Below the pieces are notes generated by a model. That model saw only the letters and a list, made by a program, of their open reading frames with translations. It was not told where the DNA came from and made no database searches. Shown one piece after another: positions 14,110 to 28,429 of a stretch of DNA of 64,000 nt. Numbering within the stretch: the first letter of the stretch is position 1; each line of letters begins with the position of its first letter. Source of the stretch: the human T2T-CHM13v2.0 reference genome, Homo sapiens; assembly GCF_009914755.1 (NCBI RefSeq), contig NC_060937.1. The stretch is one strand, 5' to 3'. A program made the translations under genes and the position numbers.

Positions 14110-14385
14110 GTAATAGCTAAAATGTATTGGCTGCTTAGAATATTCCATGGACTGTGCTAAGTACTTTATATGTGTTACCTCCTTTTATCTTTATAACAAT
14201 CTTATTGCACCCTTTTATAACAATCTTTATAGCAATCTTAAGTTTATGATGATATTACCATTATGCATCTCATTTTAATGGGGAGGAGAATGAAGCTTAG
14301 AGAGATCTATGTGCCCAATACCACGTAGTAACTGCTGAAGGTAGAATTCTAACCCGGGTCTGTAGGGTTAGAATTCTGTGCCATA
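14110..14385. mobile_element. MIR
   Basis: taatagctaa...actgtgctaagtactttatatg...gaagcttagagag...aacccgggtctg. Confidence 0.6.
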
Positions 14386-16308
14386 CTGTCAAACTCTGCT
14401 GAGTTTGCAAGCAATGAAATATCTGGAGGCTTTCACATCAATTGCTATTAATTCAGTGCTTTGAGATTTTTAGTAGGCATTTAACCTGTCTATATTTTAC
14501 TTATAAGTCATAATTATGGGATTTAGAGATTTTTTTTCTCTCGGTCTCATAACTTATTTTTCCTAATATAACTTATTTCTCATAGCTTCCACATTAGACA
14601 AGATACCAGTCTGTTACAGAGAGCTTTTGCTCAAAGTTAGTAATGATCAACAGATCAGAAATTTATAGTAATAGTTTTTCTACCTTCTGCAAATTCATCT
14701 CATAGCACTGTTAATTAGCTCATGATTCTTTATCCATAAATAAACATCTTTGTGTCTGCTGTTCTAAAAAAATCATGAGAGATGCAGAAAAAAGAGCATT
14801 ATACTTTCACTAATGACTTATCTTCAAATCGACAGTTGATGGTTTTGTTTTCTTGCTGGAGAGTCAATGAAATAGTACATCTCACATTATTTTATAAGTT
14901 TAGAGGAGAATTTTGATAACAAACTCCAAATATTGGCAAGTTCCTTTTTTCTGTTGATTTTTATGTAGATCATTATAAGTAGATGCCTTATATCTCATAG
15001 ACAAAAATATATTTCACTTTAGACAGTGGTAATGATTATTAACATTTATAATACACTTCATAATTGACAAAGTCCATTTAAATATGATCTCATTTAATCT
15101 CCCCAATTGTATGCGAAGGAGGTAGCATTAGTCTTACGATTTTACACTCAAAAAAATGTAAGATCATACAGTTTGAGAGTGGTCCAGTTTTCAAGCCTTA
15201 GTTTTGAAATATAGTCCACATCTTATATTCTTTTCTGCAATGTCACACTACCTCTCAATGAAATAAACGAAGGCATTAGATGAGGACTTGCCAATATAGG
15301 GAATGAAGGCATAATGTGTGCTTTAGGTAATTAGATAGATAGTTGAGAATTAAAGGTTGAGTCTAAAGAATTTGACACCAACATGCTTAAAGAGAAAAGA
15401 AGAAAGTACCTAGAAGGAGATAGTGAAGAAATTTTTTGGCATGAGTAAAACTATTTAAGATTATAATACCTTAATTATATTAAGGTATTATACAAAATGT
15501 TTTAAGTATTTCTAAAATTAAGAATAATAATTATTACAAATATAGATTATTAACATTAAAGAAGTCACTGAAGATATTAACAAAACCACTTATTTGTGGA
15601 AAAAAAAGTGTTGATATTAAGGAAGTTTAAGCAACAAACTTATTTGAGAAAGGACCATTGATGTAGTTTTCTTTAGGTAGATTTTTTTCATTGAGTAAGT
15701 ATGAAATAGAGATGCATTAAAAAGATGTAAATCAAGTTGGATATTTTAGTACTGTCAGTTACCAGTTTCCAAGCATTACATTTGATTAAAATAGATCATA
15801 AATCTATTTGTAGATGAATAAATTCTGTGATGGTTGAGTAAGGTTTGGAAGATATTTGCTAAATGAAGTTTGCAGTGCTATAAACTTTGAGAAGAATGAA
15901 CCTTTACTGCAAGAAAATTTAGATATTTATTAAGTTAGAGAAGTAGTTTCTTTATACATTTTTAAAAACTGACTAATATCCATATTTATTTGTCATTTAA
16001 CCTTAACACAATGTCAAATTCAGAAATTTTTAAATGAAATACATTTAAAATACGCTAAAGAAACCTGGGGAAATGTTGAACTCCTCTGTTAAAGAAACCA
16101 AGGCTCAAAAGTGAAATAAACTTCTAACCAAATGTCTCTCTATCATCTCTGTTCTCTTTCATTCTAATAATATTCCTACTATAAAAGCAACTCAATTTTG
16201 TTCAGAAAAATAAAGCATAACTTTATTGTGCTCTTAGAAGTTTATTTATTATTCCTTGGTTTAATTTTCAGCTTTACTATGAAGAAGCTTTAGAATTTGG
16301 CATTTAAA

Positions 16309-16654
<346 letters not shown>

Positions 16655-17069
16655 TTACATATTTATGAATATTTTAAACATGGAGAATGTGATATGGGTA
16701 AGATGGACATTTTTTATGTATATTTTGCCAAAAATTCTATGTGCAAAGGCAAAATCTCCTAACTTTAGCACAAATTTCTTAATATTCCCAGATTTATGAT
16801 CACAGTCCATTTGCCATCTTAAGAAAGGTTTGCAGACTCCTAAGTCTTCAAAAATGTTGGCCAAATCAATTAGGCAACACACTTTATAATATATCCTTAA
16901 TGTCCATATCCTTTCCACTGACAAAGCTGGACTAAGGAGTTTAAAATTTTTTTTTAATTAAAAGAAGAGAGGGAGAAATTCGATGTTGACTATGTATATC
17001 TGTTGCAGCAGGATTATAATTCATCTTCAACCTCATGTTTGTTATTTTCAATCCTTCATTTCTTTGCAG

Positions 17070-17224
17070 GAGTGTTGTGGTGCCTGTAAAGAAACCACCT
17101 CCAGGTAGTTTAGCTGTAACCACTGTGGGAGCCACTACTGCTGGAAGTGGGCTGCCAACAGGCAGTACCTCTAATATATTTGCTGCTACTGGAGCTACAC
17201 CAAAAAGTATGATTAATACAACAG
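17070..17224 (+). CDS. NBEA: NBEA internal coding exon B (155 nt, phase 2 to 1): SVVVPVKKPPPGSLAV...ATPKSMINTT
   Basis: Acceptor ccttcatttctttgcag|G; donor ACAG|gtattg; in frame with exons A and C; inside ORF 17035..17307. Confidence 0.95.
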
Positions 17225-18647
17225 GTATTGTACTTACATATTTTTGTGATACTCATCTTTTTATGTTTTCTGTATCATTTTTCTGCTTATTTGATCTTAA
17301 AAATTAAAATACCCTAATCATTTAAGATTATCTTAATTTTTAAGAAGGTTATATTTTATGTTATGACTTTTAGAATTTGTCTGTAGTTGTAGAGTGCATT
17401 TTTTAGTGGTCATTTTAGAGGACAGTATTGGTTTTGAGTCTTCTCAAAACAGTGCTGTTTATTTTCAGAGTGAAATCAGATTACTGAAAGATATTTGGGG
17501 AGCAGAAGCAAAGGATAATTTGAACACTGAAGTTTGATATGTAAAAATCAGTAAAATGTATCAAGAATATCAAGATGTACTAAAAATGTTAGTGACAGAA
17601 AGTAGATTTGGGGACATGATTGGTTGAGTTCTAATATATATTCTTTGCTAAATCCCCTAAGGGAGGCAGAGCTCCCCTAAGAACCTTGACGATATGCAAG
17701 CGCCTCAACTTGATAAAAAGTGCATGTGAATAAGAACCATTGTTTGACGTTGAATTAATTCATATACATAGATTATAACTTGATCCAATTCATTGCCCAA
17801 CAAATTCCTAATGAATCTAGGAACAAAAAATTTCAAATCAATTACAAATATTAAAAGTCTGCCTAAAATAACCTTTTTTTTTTGTAAATTTCCAGAAATG
17901 TTCCTGTTGATTATTAGCTAAATAAATCCTTACCCAAATCTTTGTGATTCCATTTTAGGTATTTATACAGCGCAAGATGATCCCTGACTTTTCTTCCCTG
18001 ACTATAGTAGTCTTCTCTTCTCCAAACTGTATAGCCTTGAACTTTTCCATTTATTATCATTACTTAGATTCTTCCCATTTTTATTAATTTCATAGCTCTT
18101 TTTTGTGCTTTCTGTATCTATCTTGTTTATCATACCACCTGAGTCTGACATATCATGAACAACACATTTATGGGGTTGTAGTAAGTAGAATGTACTCTAT
18201 TAAGAATATTTATATTGGCAAATGAATGTCATTAATGGCATTGTGTCAAAGAATAGACCATCTATTGTTTACCTGTATTATAAATAGATATTTCTATCTG
18301 GCTTGTCTGAAGACTTTAAAGTCTTTCCAGTATTAGAGTTTCATTCTTTATACTCATTCAGCTTTCTAGAAATAGGAGTAAAACTGTTTTTCTTTTACTA
18401 AAGTATATACGTTAAAAGTGTAAAGGTTTTAAAAATATGAATAAAGTCCTTATTCTTGTTAGGAGTTAGGCAAATGCAAAATGAAATCACCTTTTTTATT
18501 TTTATATGAGACAAGTCATGATGTTTTCTTTTTAATTTCTATTTTAAGAATTAATAATATGGAAAGTGATGGTAGCAAGAGTTTTGATGATAATATAAAG
18601 TATATAATATTATAATGAGAAAAATGTAAGTGATAAACTTCTTAAAA

Positions 18648-18678
18648 GTGTGTGTGTGTGTGTGTATGTGTGTGTGTA
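18648..18678. repeat. (TG)n microsatellite
   Basis: gtgtgtgtgtgtgtgtgtatgtgtgtgtgta. Confidence 0.9.
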
Positions 18679-19422
18679 TAAATTGTGAGCCAACAGCTAA
18701 AGACTGGGCATACTGTTCATTTCAAATATTGGCACATAGGTGCTATAAAATGTTATAGTGGAAATCCCAGTAAGCAATTCAGTTTTATGGGAATTAGTAT
18801 AAGATAATAATATTTAGGAACACTAGATGTCCCTCAACTCCACAGCTACTTAATATACTTACGTGGCATATGATAGAAAAATCTTTACTAAAATGGCATC
18901 TTTATATCATTGAGGGAAGACTCATTATTTTAAGACCAGGTACTAATGTAACTCATTATAGCCCTTCTTAAGCAGTGATCTTATCAAAAGGAGCATTAGA
19001 TGCTTCAGTGCCACAAATTTACGCTCAGATAGTTCACTCCAAACTATGTCTTAAATGATGAAAACCAAAAATATTACAATGTAGCTATAAAAAGATAAGT
19101 TTTTCACCCCTAAATTTGCATTGTTTTATCAGCATCATTTTATCGAAAAATTTTTTCATTTCTTGATGTTTTTTATTTATACCCCATTTGTAGTATGTAG
19201 TTTTGTTAGATTAATGTAAGTAAATCAATTAGATTTCAATGCAACATCTGTTATATAAAATTATGTTCATTAGCATACTTACTAATGGCCAAATGATTAA
19301 TTGTCAAATTCGGTTTTGAAAATCTGATGAGTAATTCTTTCAAAATCAGATAGTAATGGTGTAATTAAAATTTTTTTAAATAAATTTATGTTTAAGGCTA
19401 AAAATTATTATTTTGGGAACAG

Positions 19423-19549
19423 GTGCCGTGGATTCAGGGTCCTCCTCCTCTTCCTCCTCTTCTAGTTTTGTGAATGGTGCTACTAGCAAAAACCTTCCAG
19501 CTGTACAAACTGTTGCTCCAATGCCAGAAGATTCAGCTGAAAATATGAG
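19423..19549 (+). CDS. NBEA: NBEA internal coding exon C (127 nt, phase 1 to 2): GAVDSGSSSSSSSSSFVNGATSKNLPAVQTVAPMPEDSAENM
   Basis: Not in the ORF track; translated by hand. Acceptor ttttgggaacag|GT; donor ATGAG|gtatgc; phases match both neighbours; contains a 9-Ser TCC/TCT run. Confidence 0.93.
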
Positions 19550-19902
19550 GTATGCATGACTACTTTTTATTCATTTTAACTCTTTTTAAATGTAGTGAAA
19601 CAGTACACAAAAATACAAAAATATAGAAAGAGTTCTTGAGAATGAAGGTTAATTATTTTGTGATTACATTTCACAATTCTGATATTTTTGGCTAGTTATT
19701 ATGTAAAAATCTATGATATATTTCGATCTAAGCAGAGATCTTCAGTGATTTTAAAATGTTCACTGTCGTATAGTGTATAGTAATTCACTGTCATTTAGTG
19801 CATGTTACTATTTCCGGTAAAGGTTAAAACATGTACAAATGGTAACATGATAAAATTGGGCATCTTTGGGGGGTGATAAAAAGTTTAAAATATAAACTTT
19901 CA

Positions 19903-20225
19903 GGCTAGGTGTGGTGGCTCACGCCTGTAATCCCAGCACTTTGGAAGGCCGAGGAGGGCAGATCACTTGAGGCCAGAAGTTGGAGACCAGCCTGGAAAAC
20001 ATGGTGAAACCTTGTCTTTACTAAAAATACAAAACTTAGCAGGGTGTGGTGGTGCACGCCTGTAATCCCAGCCACTCGGGAGGGAGGCTAGGGCAGGAGA
20101 ATCACTTGAACCCGGGAGGCAGAGGTTGCAGTGAGCCTAGATCACACCACTGCACTCCAGCCTGGGTTGACAGAGTGAGACTGCATCTCAAATAAATAAA
20201 TAAATAAACAAATAAACAAACAAAC
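19903..20225 (+). mobile_element. AluS with (TAAA)/(CAAA) tail
   Basis: Alu consensus; aactttca on both flanks. Confidence 0.95.
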
Positions 20226-20369
20226 TAAGTAACTTTCAAAATAAATCTACAATGTTATATATAACATCATTGGAACTTGAATAAGCAAACATTACCTTAT
20301 CTGTCATGATTAAAGACCATTCCTAGAAGAGACTGGCCCTCATTCTTGGAGTAAGATTGTGTATACGTG

Positions 20370-20394
20370 TACACACACACACACACACACACAC
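20370..20394. repeat. (CA)n microsatellite
   Basis: About 12 CA units. Confidence 0.9.
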
Positions 20395-20429
20395 GTATGT
20401 ATTCACAGTTTTTATAGAAGTATAACACA

Positions 20430-23400
20430 AATATAGAATATAAAAGCTTATTGAAAGAATGAACACACTCATCATCAACAAAGTCAACAAATAGACTGTA
20501 CACCAGGAACGCCTACTTTGCACTTTTTTCCCAGTCACTGTTCTTGCTTTTCTTCCAATTCCTTACCCTGACTTTTAATACTAAGCTAGTTTTGTCCTTT
20601 TTGAATTTTATGTAAATGTAAGTACATCCTATGTATTTCTTTGTCTCTGGCTTCTTTTGTTCAACATTATTTTTATGAGATTCATCTACTATTGTTGCAT
20701 ATAACGAGTTTATTCATTTATTCTCCTTTTATTTATTTATGTGTCTATACCATAATTTATTAATTCATTTTACTGATGATGGGCATTTGGAATTTTCCAT
20801 TTCTTAGTTATTACAAATAATACTGCTATATAGATAAGGCCACTTATAATTACTATGAGTATACTACTATTACATGTGTGTACTGCACATTAATATGCAT
20901 ATTTGTTAGATAATTTGGAGTGTAATTGCTGATTCGTAGTGTTTGTATATGTTCAGTTTTACTAGATAATGCAAAATGGTTTGCAAAAGTGGTTGTACTA
21001 GTTTACTAACTCAGCAGCTGATTATGAGAGGTCTTGTTGCTTCATATCTTTGATAGGACTTAGTATTTAGTCTCTGTCATTTTAGCCATTTTGGCAGAAG
21101 TATAGTGGCATTCCATTGTATTTTTAGTTTGCATTCTCCTGATAATAAATGAGGTTGAACACTTTTTAAATACATTGGTCTTTTGTTTTCTTCTTTTGAT
21201 TTGCCTGTTGAAGTCTCTAGTCCATTTTTTTAAATTGTGGGCTTTTTTTTGTCTTTTTCTAATTAATTTTTTGAAAATGAGCCCTTTGTAGATTATATGC
21301 CATACATATATCTTCTTCCATTTTCTGGCTTTTCTTATCATTATCAATATGGTCTATTTTGATCAACAGAAGTTGTAAATTTTAATTAAATTCACTTTAT
21401 AATTTTTTGGTTTATAAGTGCTTTTGGTGTTGTAAATGCTTTGTCTACATTTTCCCTGTCTTGCCTTCTGGCTGCTTTATTCTTTGCTTTTTATATTTAG
21501 ATGTGTAATCCATTTAGAATTTTTTGTGACTAAAATGAGGTAGGAGTAATAGGTATACGAAGATGACCCAGCACCATTTATTTGAAAGACACTTCTTTTC
21601 CCTGTGTTCTGTCACTTTTGTCACAAATTAGTTTTTCATATACACTTGATTATGGTTCAGCAAGCAGCTCTGCCTCATCTCTTTGTCTGTCTTTAAGTCA
21701 TACCATCTTAATTAGCCTTAGGTTTAATAAATATTGAGTTGAGTAAGATCTTCTCACCCTGTTATTTTTCCTCAAGAAAGTCTGAGGTATTCTTGATGCT
21801 TTGCATTTACATTTATATTTAGAATTAGTTTGTCAGTATCCATTTTAAAAACAACTTGCTGGGGTTTTCATAAGTAATGGAGTATTTGGATCTATTGCAA
21901 GTGGGGCTATATAGGTCTCTTTCAATCTGTGACTAACAAACTGTGATTATCATATATTCCTACCATTTCCTTAGGTGTTCTTATTTTTTTTAGTAATGAT
22001 TTTTAGTTTTCTATGTGGAAGTCTTAGATGTTTCTAAATTGATTTATTCTTAGGAATTGAATATTTTGTATGTTTCTATTTTCCTGAAGTTTTCAGATAA
22101 ACTTCACTGAAACTATTTGTTTATATTGTTCAAACTCAATAAAAAACACTCATTTTGAGCATACATTTTAATGAGTTTTGATTAGTTTATGCATCCACAT
22201 AACCACCACCACAATCAAGATGTAGAATATACCCATCACCCCGAAAGTTCTGTGTGCCCTGTTTGTTATTCACTCCTATCTCTGCTCCAGGGAAACACTG
22301 AAGTGCTTTTTAACATTGTGAATTAGATTTGCCTTTTCAAGGTTTTCACATAGATAGAATCGACAGTACATACTATTTTTGGTGTCTGTCTTCTTTCATT
22401 CATCCTAATGATCTGTGATTTATCGATATCTTTTTGTTTATGAGTAGTCTATTCCTTTTTATTGGTAGGTATTATCCCATTATATGGCTATTAATAATCT
22501 ACTCTTCTTTTCACCTGTTGATAGCCATCTGGGTTTTCCCATTTTGTTGTAGTTATAAATAATGATTCTATAGATATTTGAAAACACGTCTTGGTGTGGA
22601 CATAAATTTTCATTTCTTATGGCTGAACACTAGGAGAAAAATTGTGGTTGGATAGTAAGTGTATGCTTAACCATTTGAGAAACTGCTGAGCTGTTGTGCA
22701 AAGTAGTAGTATCATTTTATATTACTGTCAGCAATGTGTAGTTCTATTTTTTCCATATTCTTGTCAGCACTTGGTATTGTCAGTCTTTTTAAGACTTTAT
22801 AATGGGTGGGTAACCATATCTCATTTGGTTTTATGTTTTCTTTCCTATTGATTAATGATGGTGAGTATTCTTTTTTGCATATGCTTATGGGCCATTGAAA
22901 TCCCTTGCTATCTTTTAAAATTTTTCTTGAGATATGAGTTCTTTATATATTCTTCATATATGTCCTTTGTGAGAAACATGCAGTCTAGAATTTTTTGTTC
23001 CATTTTGTTGTATATATTTTTATTTTCTTAAAATTGTTAATAACAAAAGTTTCTAATTTGACAGAGTTCATTGTCTCAAATAGTTTCGTCTTTTATGATT
23101 TGTGCCATTTGTAAATCATAAGAAATCTTTACCTACCACAAAGTCATGTAGATATTCTACTATATTTTCTTCTAAAATAAAAGTTTTGTAGTTTTATCTT
23201 TATTAGGTTTCTGATCTGTTTTGACTTAGTTTTTGTGTCTGTGGTGAGGTAAAGGTTGGGATTTGGCTCTGTCTTTATGTATATTAATGTTTTAGTACCA
23301 TTCAATTACCTTGGAATTGATTTAAAATCAATTGACCACCTATGTGTAGATCTATTTCTAGACTCCATTCTGTCCCATGAACTATATGTCACTACTGCAC

Positions 23401-26400
23401 TATCTTCCTGTATCGTAGCTTTATATTAAGTTTTGAAAGAGATGATGTAATGTAAGTCCTGTAACTATTTTTTTTTTACTTTTCTGGGTTAATTCGCATT
23501 TTCATGTAAATTTTAGAAGTGACTTGTCAATTCTAAAGCAACAAAAAAAGAAATTCTGCTGAAATTTTAATTACAACTCTGTTGAACCTTTTAATTTGAG
23601 GAGACTCTTCATCATAATACTGAGTATTCAAACTTTTGAAATTGTCATTCATTGGGATCTTTAATTTTTTTCAGCAACTTATTGTAGTTTTCATTGTAAA
23701 ACTCTTGTACTTATTTTTATGTCTTTTTAAATTTTTATGTTTTTCTAAATTTTCATGTGTTTGATGATATTATATTAGATTTTTTGCTGTAAATTTCCAA
23801 TTGGGAGTTAGAAGCCAGACCAAAAAGAGTACATAGTGTATGATTCCATTTTTATGAAATTATAGGAAATGCAAATTAATTTATCTTAAAAAATAGCAAA
23901 TCAGTGATTGCCTGTGTCAATTTTACCTCAATAAAACTGAAAAAAGGGGATAATTTTGTATTAGTACATTGATTTTTATATATTGATTTTATATTTTATA
24001 ATCTTGCCACTTACTTTTAGTAAACGTGGTAAGTTGTTTAGAACTTTCTAAACTCACATAATCGATCTAACACTTTCTGTAGTTTCCTTATTATTTTCTA
24101 TGCATGAGATAATGTCACTTGTAGCTTTAGTATTATTTATCCTAAAATGTTTGAGAATTCACCAGTACAGCCATTTCTGCCTGGAATTTTCTTTCTGGGA
24201 AAATTTAAATTATAGATTTAGTTTTTTTAATTGATAAATGAGTATCCAGATAGTATATTTATTTTTGTATCTGTTTTGTTATTTTTGTCTTCAATGAATT
24301 TACCCATCTTATCTAAGTTGTTGGATTTATTGCCATAAATTCTTTGTAATTTTAAAAATTTTATTATTAATATTTTAAAATATAAGCATGATCCCTAATG
24401 ATGTTCCCTCTTTCATTTCAGATTTTGTTATTTTGTTTTTTCTCATTTTTTCATTATCAGAATAGCTATTGCTTTTCAATATTATGATTTCCCCCCAAAA
24501 ATGATACTGTGTTCATTAATATTTTTAGAGTGTTTTTTTTCTATTATGTGAATTCTGCTCTTATTACTCCTTTCTATTTACATCACGTTTGCTTGCTTTT
24601 TTCTTCCCATATCTTAGAGTGGAAACTGAGATTGAGTGTCTATAAACTGTGGACCATGGGCCAAATCATTCTGCCACCAGCTTTGTACATAAAGTTATTG
24701 GAATACAGCCACACTCATTTGCTTATGTATTGCCTATCACTGCTGTCACATTACTGTGACTGAGTTAAATAGTTGGAACAGAGACGATATGGCCTAAAGC
24801 TTAAAATATTTACTGTCTTATCCTTTACAGATGTTTCCCAGCCCCTCTCTTGGATCTTTGATTTTAGAACTTTCTTGTTTAATGATATGGTATATGAGCA
24901 TTTAAAGCCATAACTTTTCCTCCAAGCACAGTTTTACCTGTATTGTACAAATGTAGTATTTTTTATATTCAATTCAATATTTTTTTCTAATTTTCCCTAT
25001 TTCTTCTTGGATTCATACACTTTACAGAGGTGCATTTTGACATTTATCTTCCTTCACTAAAAATACTGCCATGCAATCCATTCAAATTGTTGCATGAATT
25101 AATAGTATGTTCCTTTTTTATTTCTCAGTCATATTCTATGGTACGGATGACAGTTTGTTTAAACATACACCTACTAAAGGACATTTAAGTTTTTTTCCAG
25201 TTTGGGGCTATTAAAAATAAAGTTACAGTGGACATTTGTTTTTATGTGAACATACATTTTTGTTTCTCTGGGATAAGTACCCAAGAGTGAGATTACTTGC
25301 TCTATGGTAAGTATATGATTAGTTTTATAAGAAACTGCAAAACTGTCTTCTAGAGTGGCTTAACCACTTTATGTTTCCACTGGCAATGTGTGAGTGGTCC
25401 AGTTTCTCCTCATTGTTACCAGCATTTTTTTAAGCATTCTGATAGTATGTAGTGATATCTTACTGTGGTCTGAATTTGCATTTTCCTAATGGATAAATAT
25501 GCAGAACATCTTTTCTTGTGTTTATTTTCCATCAATATGTCTCCTTCATGAATTGTCTGTTCATGTCTTTTGCCTATTTTTTAATTGGATCACTGTTTAA
25601 CTTTTGAACTCTGAGAGTTTTTGTTATATTCAAATACAAGTCCTTTTTTAGAAATTTAGTTTGCAAATATTTTATCTTAGACGTGCTCCCTGTTTCATCC
25701 TTTTAATGGGTTTTTTAGCAGAGAAAAATTTAAATTTTTTTTAATCTGGCTTGTCAGATTTACCTTTTTATAGTTAAGCTTTTGGTGTCATGTCTAAGAG
25801 CTCTTCACCTACCTCTACTTTCCCAAAATTTATATTGTATTTTCTATAAAGTTTTGTGGTTTAAAAGTTGTTTTACTTTTAAGTCTGTGATCTATTTTGA
25901 GCTGATGTCTGTGTAAGGTGTGAGGTTTAGGTTGAGGTACACATTTTTGCCTATGAATGTTCATTTGTTCCAGCACCATTTGTTGAAAAGGCTATCCTTG
26001 CCCATGAGGCATGTTTTTAAGACCTTTTAAGGCAAATTTAGAGAGGCCTCTATTCTTGGATTGCTTTTGCCACACTTAGAAAGGGTAGACTTGCTAGAAT
26101 TTCTCCTGAATGCTCAGTGTATTTAATGAGATCTCTCCTTTCTGGCTGGAGGGAATACAGACTATTCCCAGCACTATGCACTCTCAGTGATGTTTGTGTT
26201 GCAGCTCCTTCATAATTATTCTTTTCAAAAAATTATTCTATTCTAGCCCTTGGAGCTTTCAGGCTTCACATAAGTAGATTGCTATTCAGCCTAAGACTCA
26301 GGTTTTGGGAAATTTTTTTCTTCATAGCTTCCTCCTCTCAGGGACTCTGTTCTGCAAATTCTATTCACCTTGGCCGTTTTGAACTACAGTCTCAGTCGTG

Positions 26401-27540
26401 TCAACTCAAAAACATTGCAGGACTCAGTATTTGCCATAATATAGGAAATACCTCCATAAAGGAAACATGGATGATGGGGGAGCTCACCTCATTGGTTTCC
26501 CTGTCCTTAGGGTTCATAGTCCTGTACTCCCTGTATTGCCTGAAAATAGTTGTTCCCTGTATTTGTCTAATATTTTTAACTGTTAGCATGGAAGGTAATT
26601 TTAGACCATCTTACTTTTTCAAGGCTACAAATGAATTTTATATTCTTATCATGTTGTCAATGATTTCTTTTATAAATTTTAATTCTTTTAATTGTTTCCC
26701 TTTCAGTATGTTGACAGAATATCCTGAAATGTTAACTCACTTATTATTCCTAATTATTTTTCTATAGATTGTTTCAAAATGTATATGTATATACATAATT
26801 CTGTCATCCACGAATAATGGGGGAGTTTTTTCTCCCATTAAAATCCTTGCACCTTTTAATTTCTTTTTCTGAACTTACAGTGCCACCCAGTACCTCTAAT
26901 GCAATTTATTATAGTCATGGTTATAGCAGGCATTCTTTTTAAATTCTTCATCTCAGATGAAAAACATTGAACATTTATCATTAACTATGATGCTTCTTAC
27001 CTATTAATTATATATAATTTTCAATAAATGTTATACATCTCTTATATTTGTAATTAACAAAAACTTGCTATCATGACGTATGTTGAAGTTTATCTTATGC
27101 TTTTTAAATATACACTAAGATGATCATGTGGTTTTTCTCCTTCTGTTAACATGGTATACTATATTGATTTAATTTTTAAATGCTAAAAGAATTCTCAATT
27201 TCTGTAAGAAATCCAATTTCATTGTAATGTGAAATAGATTTATCTCTTGAAAGCTTCTATAAGATTATTTTTTTATTTTTTCCCCTGAAATATTTAGTAA
27301 ACTTCACAAGCAAAGACACCTAATCCTGGATCTCTTCTTTTAGGAAAGTTTCTTAATTAAAATTTCAATTTAATTAGTTACAGATCTCCCAAAATTTTCT
27401 ATTTTTTTCTGGTGTCAGCTTTGTTAGGTTTTTGCTGGCATAAAGCTTTTCATAATATTATTGTGTTATTCTTTTAACATTCATATAATCTGTAGTAATG
27501 TCCCTTCTTTTTAATCTTGATATTCTTTATTTAAGCTAGC
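20430..27540 (-). mobile_element. Cluster of nested ancient L1M (L1MC/ME-type) fragments, mostly antisense
   Basis: Three repeated L1 3'-UTR/ORF2 signatures (ctggcttcttttgttcaacat, gatgggcatttgg, cagcaccatttgttgaaaag) starting near 20.6, 22.2 and 25.0 kb; strong T skew; a short sense fragment at about 23810-23945. Confidence 0.8.
24633..24850. mobile_element. MER58A (hAT-Charlie)
   Basis: gggccaaatc...taaagttattggaatacagccacactcatttg...aaaatatttact...cctttacaga. Confidence 0.8.
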
Positions 27541-27548
27541 CAGCTTGT

Positions 27549-27602
27549 CTGCCTTCCTGCCTTCCTGCCTTGCCTTCCTTGCCTTCCTTGCCTTCCTTCC
27601 TT
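27549..27602. repeat. (GCCTTCCT/CCTT)n pyrimidine-rich simple repeat
   Basis: Directly visible. Confidence 0.85.
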
Positions 27603-27720
27603 TTCTTGATAAGCTCTGGCAGTGATTAATCAGTTTTATTCATATTGCCAAAAAAATGTCTAGAGAGAAATAACAAGAAACGGTTAAGTTGAAAGTTGTA
27701 CATTGTTTGTTTCCTTAGTG

Positions 27721-28429
27721 CAGTAGTTTTCTAACATCAGCATGCATCAGAATAACATAGAGGGCTTGTTAACATACAGATTGCTGGATACCTAATTCAG
27801 TAGGACTCCAGTAGGGCATGAGAATTTAGGGCACCTCTAACAAGTTTTTAGGTGTGTTAGTCAAGCTTATTTAGAGAAACAGATTAAATAGGATGTTTAC
27901 ATTCATATGAATATACATGCATATACACATGATTTATTATAAAAATTTGGCTCACATGATTATGGAAACTGAAAATTCCCAGTATCTGCAGTTAGTATGC
28001 TAAAGACCCAGGAGAACCAATGTGTAGTTCTAATCAAAGTACCAAGGTCGGAGAACCAAGAGAGCCAGTGATACAAGTTCCTATCCAAAAGCTGGCTGGC
28101 TCAAGACTGAAGAAGAGCCGATGTTTCCGTCTGAGTCCAAAGGCCAAGAAGAGACCAGTACTCCTAGCTCAAACATTCAGGCAGAAGGAGTTTGCTCAAC
28201 TTTTTTGTTCTATTCATATCTTCAACTGACTAGATGAAGCCTTCTTCCATGAAGGAGGGCAGTCTACCTATTCAAATGTTAATCTTATCAATAGATACCC
28301 TCACAGTCATACCCAGAGTGCTGTTTAATCAAATATCTGGACACCCAGTAAAATTGACCCATAAAATTAACCACGATGCTAGATCATGCTGATGCTGCTG
28401 GTCCAGAATACACACTTTGAGAAACAGTG
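27721..28429. mobile_element. MER5A split by an MLT2 LTR
   Basis: gcatcagaat...agggcttgttaa..acagattgctgg on the left; gctgatgctgctggtcca...cacactttgagaaacagtg on the right. Confidence 0.75.
27854..28376 (-). mobile_element. MLT2 (ERVL) solo LTR
   Basis: tgttagtca...agagaaacaga...ttggctcacatgattatgga...ttcaaatgttaatct...cataaaattaacca. Confidence 0.8.

Noticed and set aside
26279-26767. 162-aa hydrophobic ORF
   Set aside because: Non-ATG start in T-rich antisense L1-derived DNA; the hydrophobicity is a compositional artefact.
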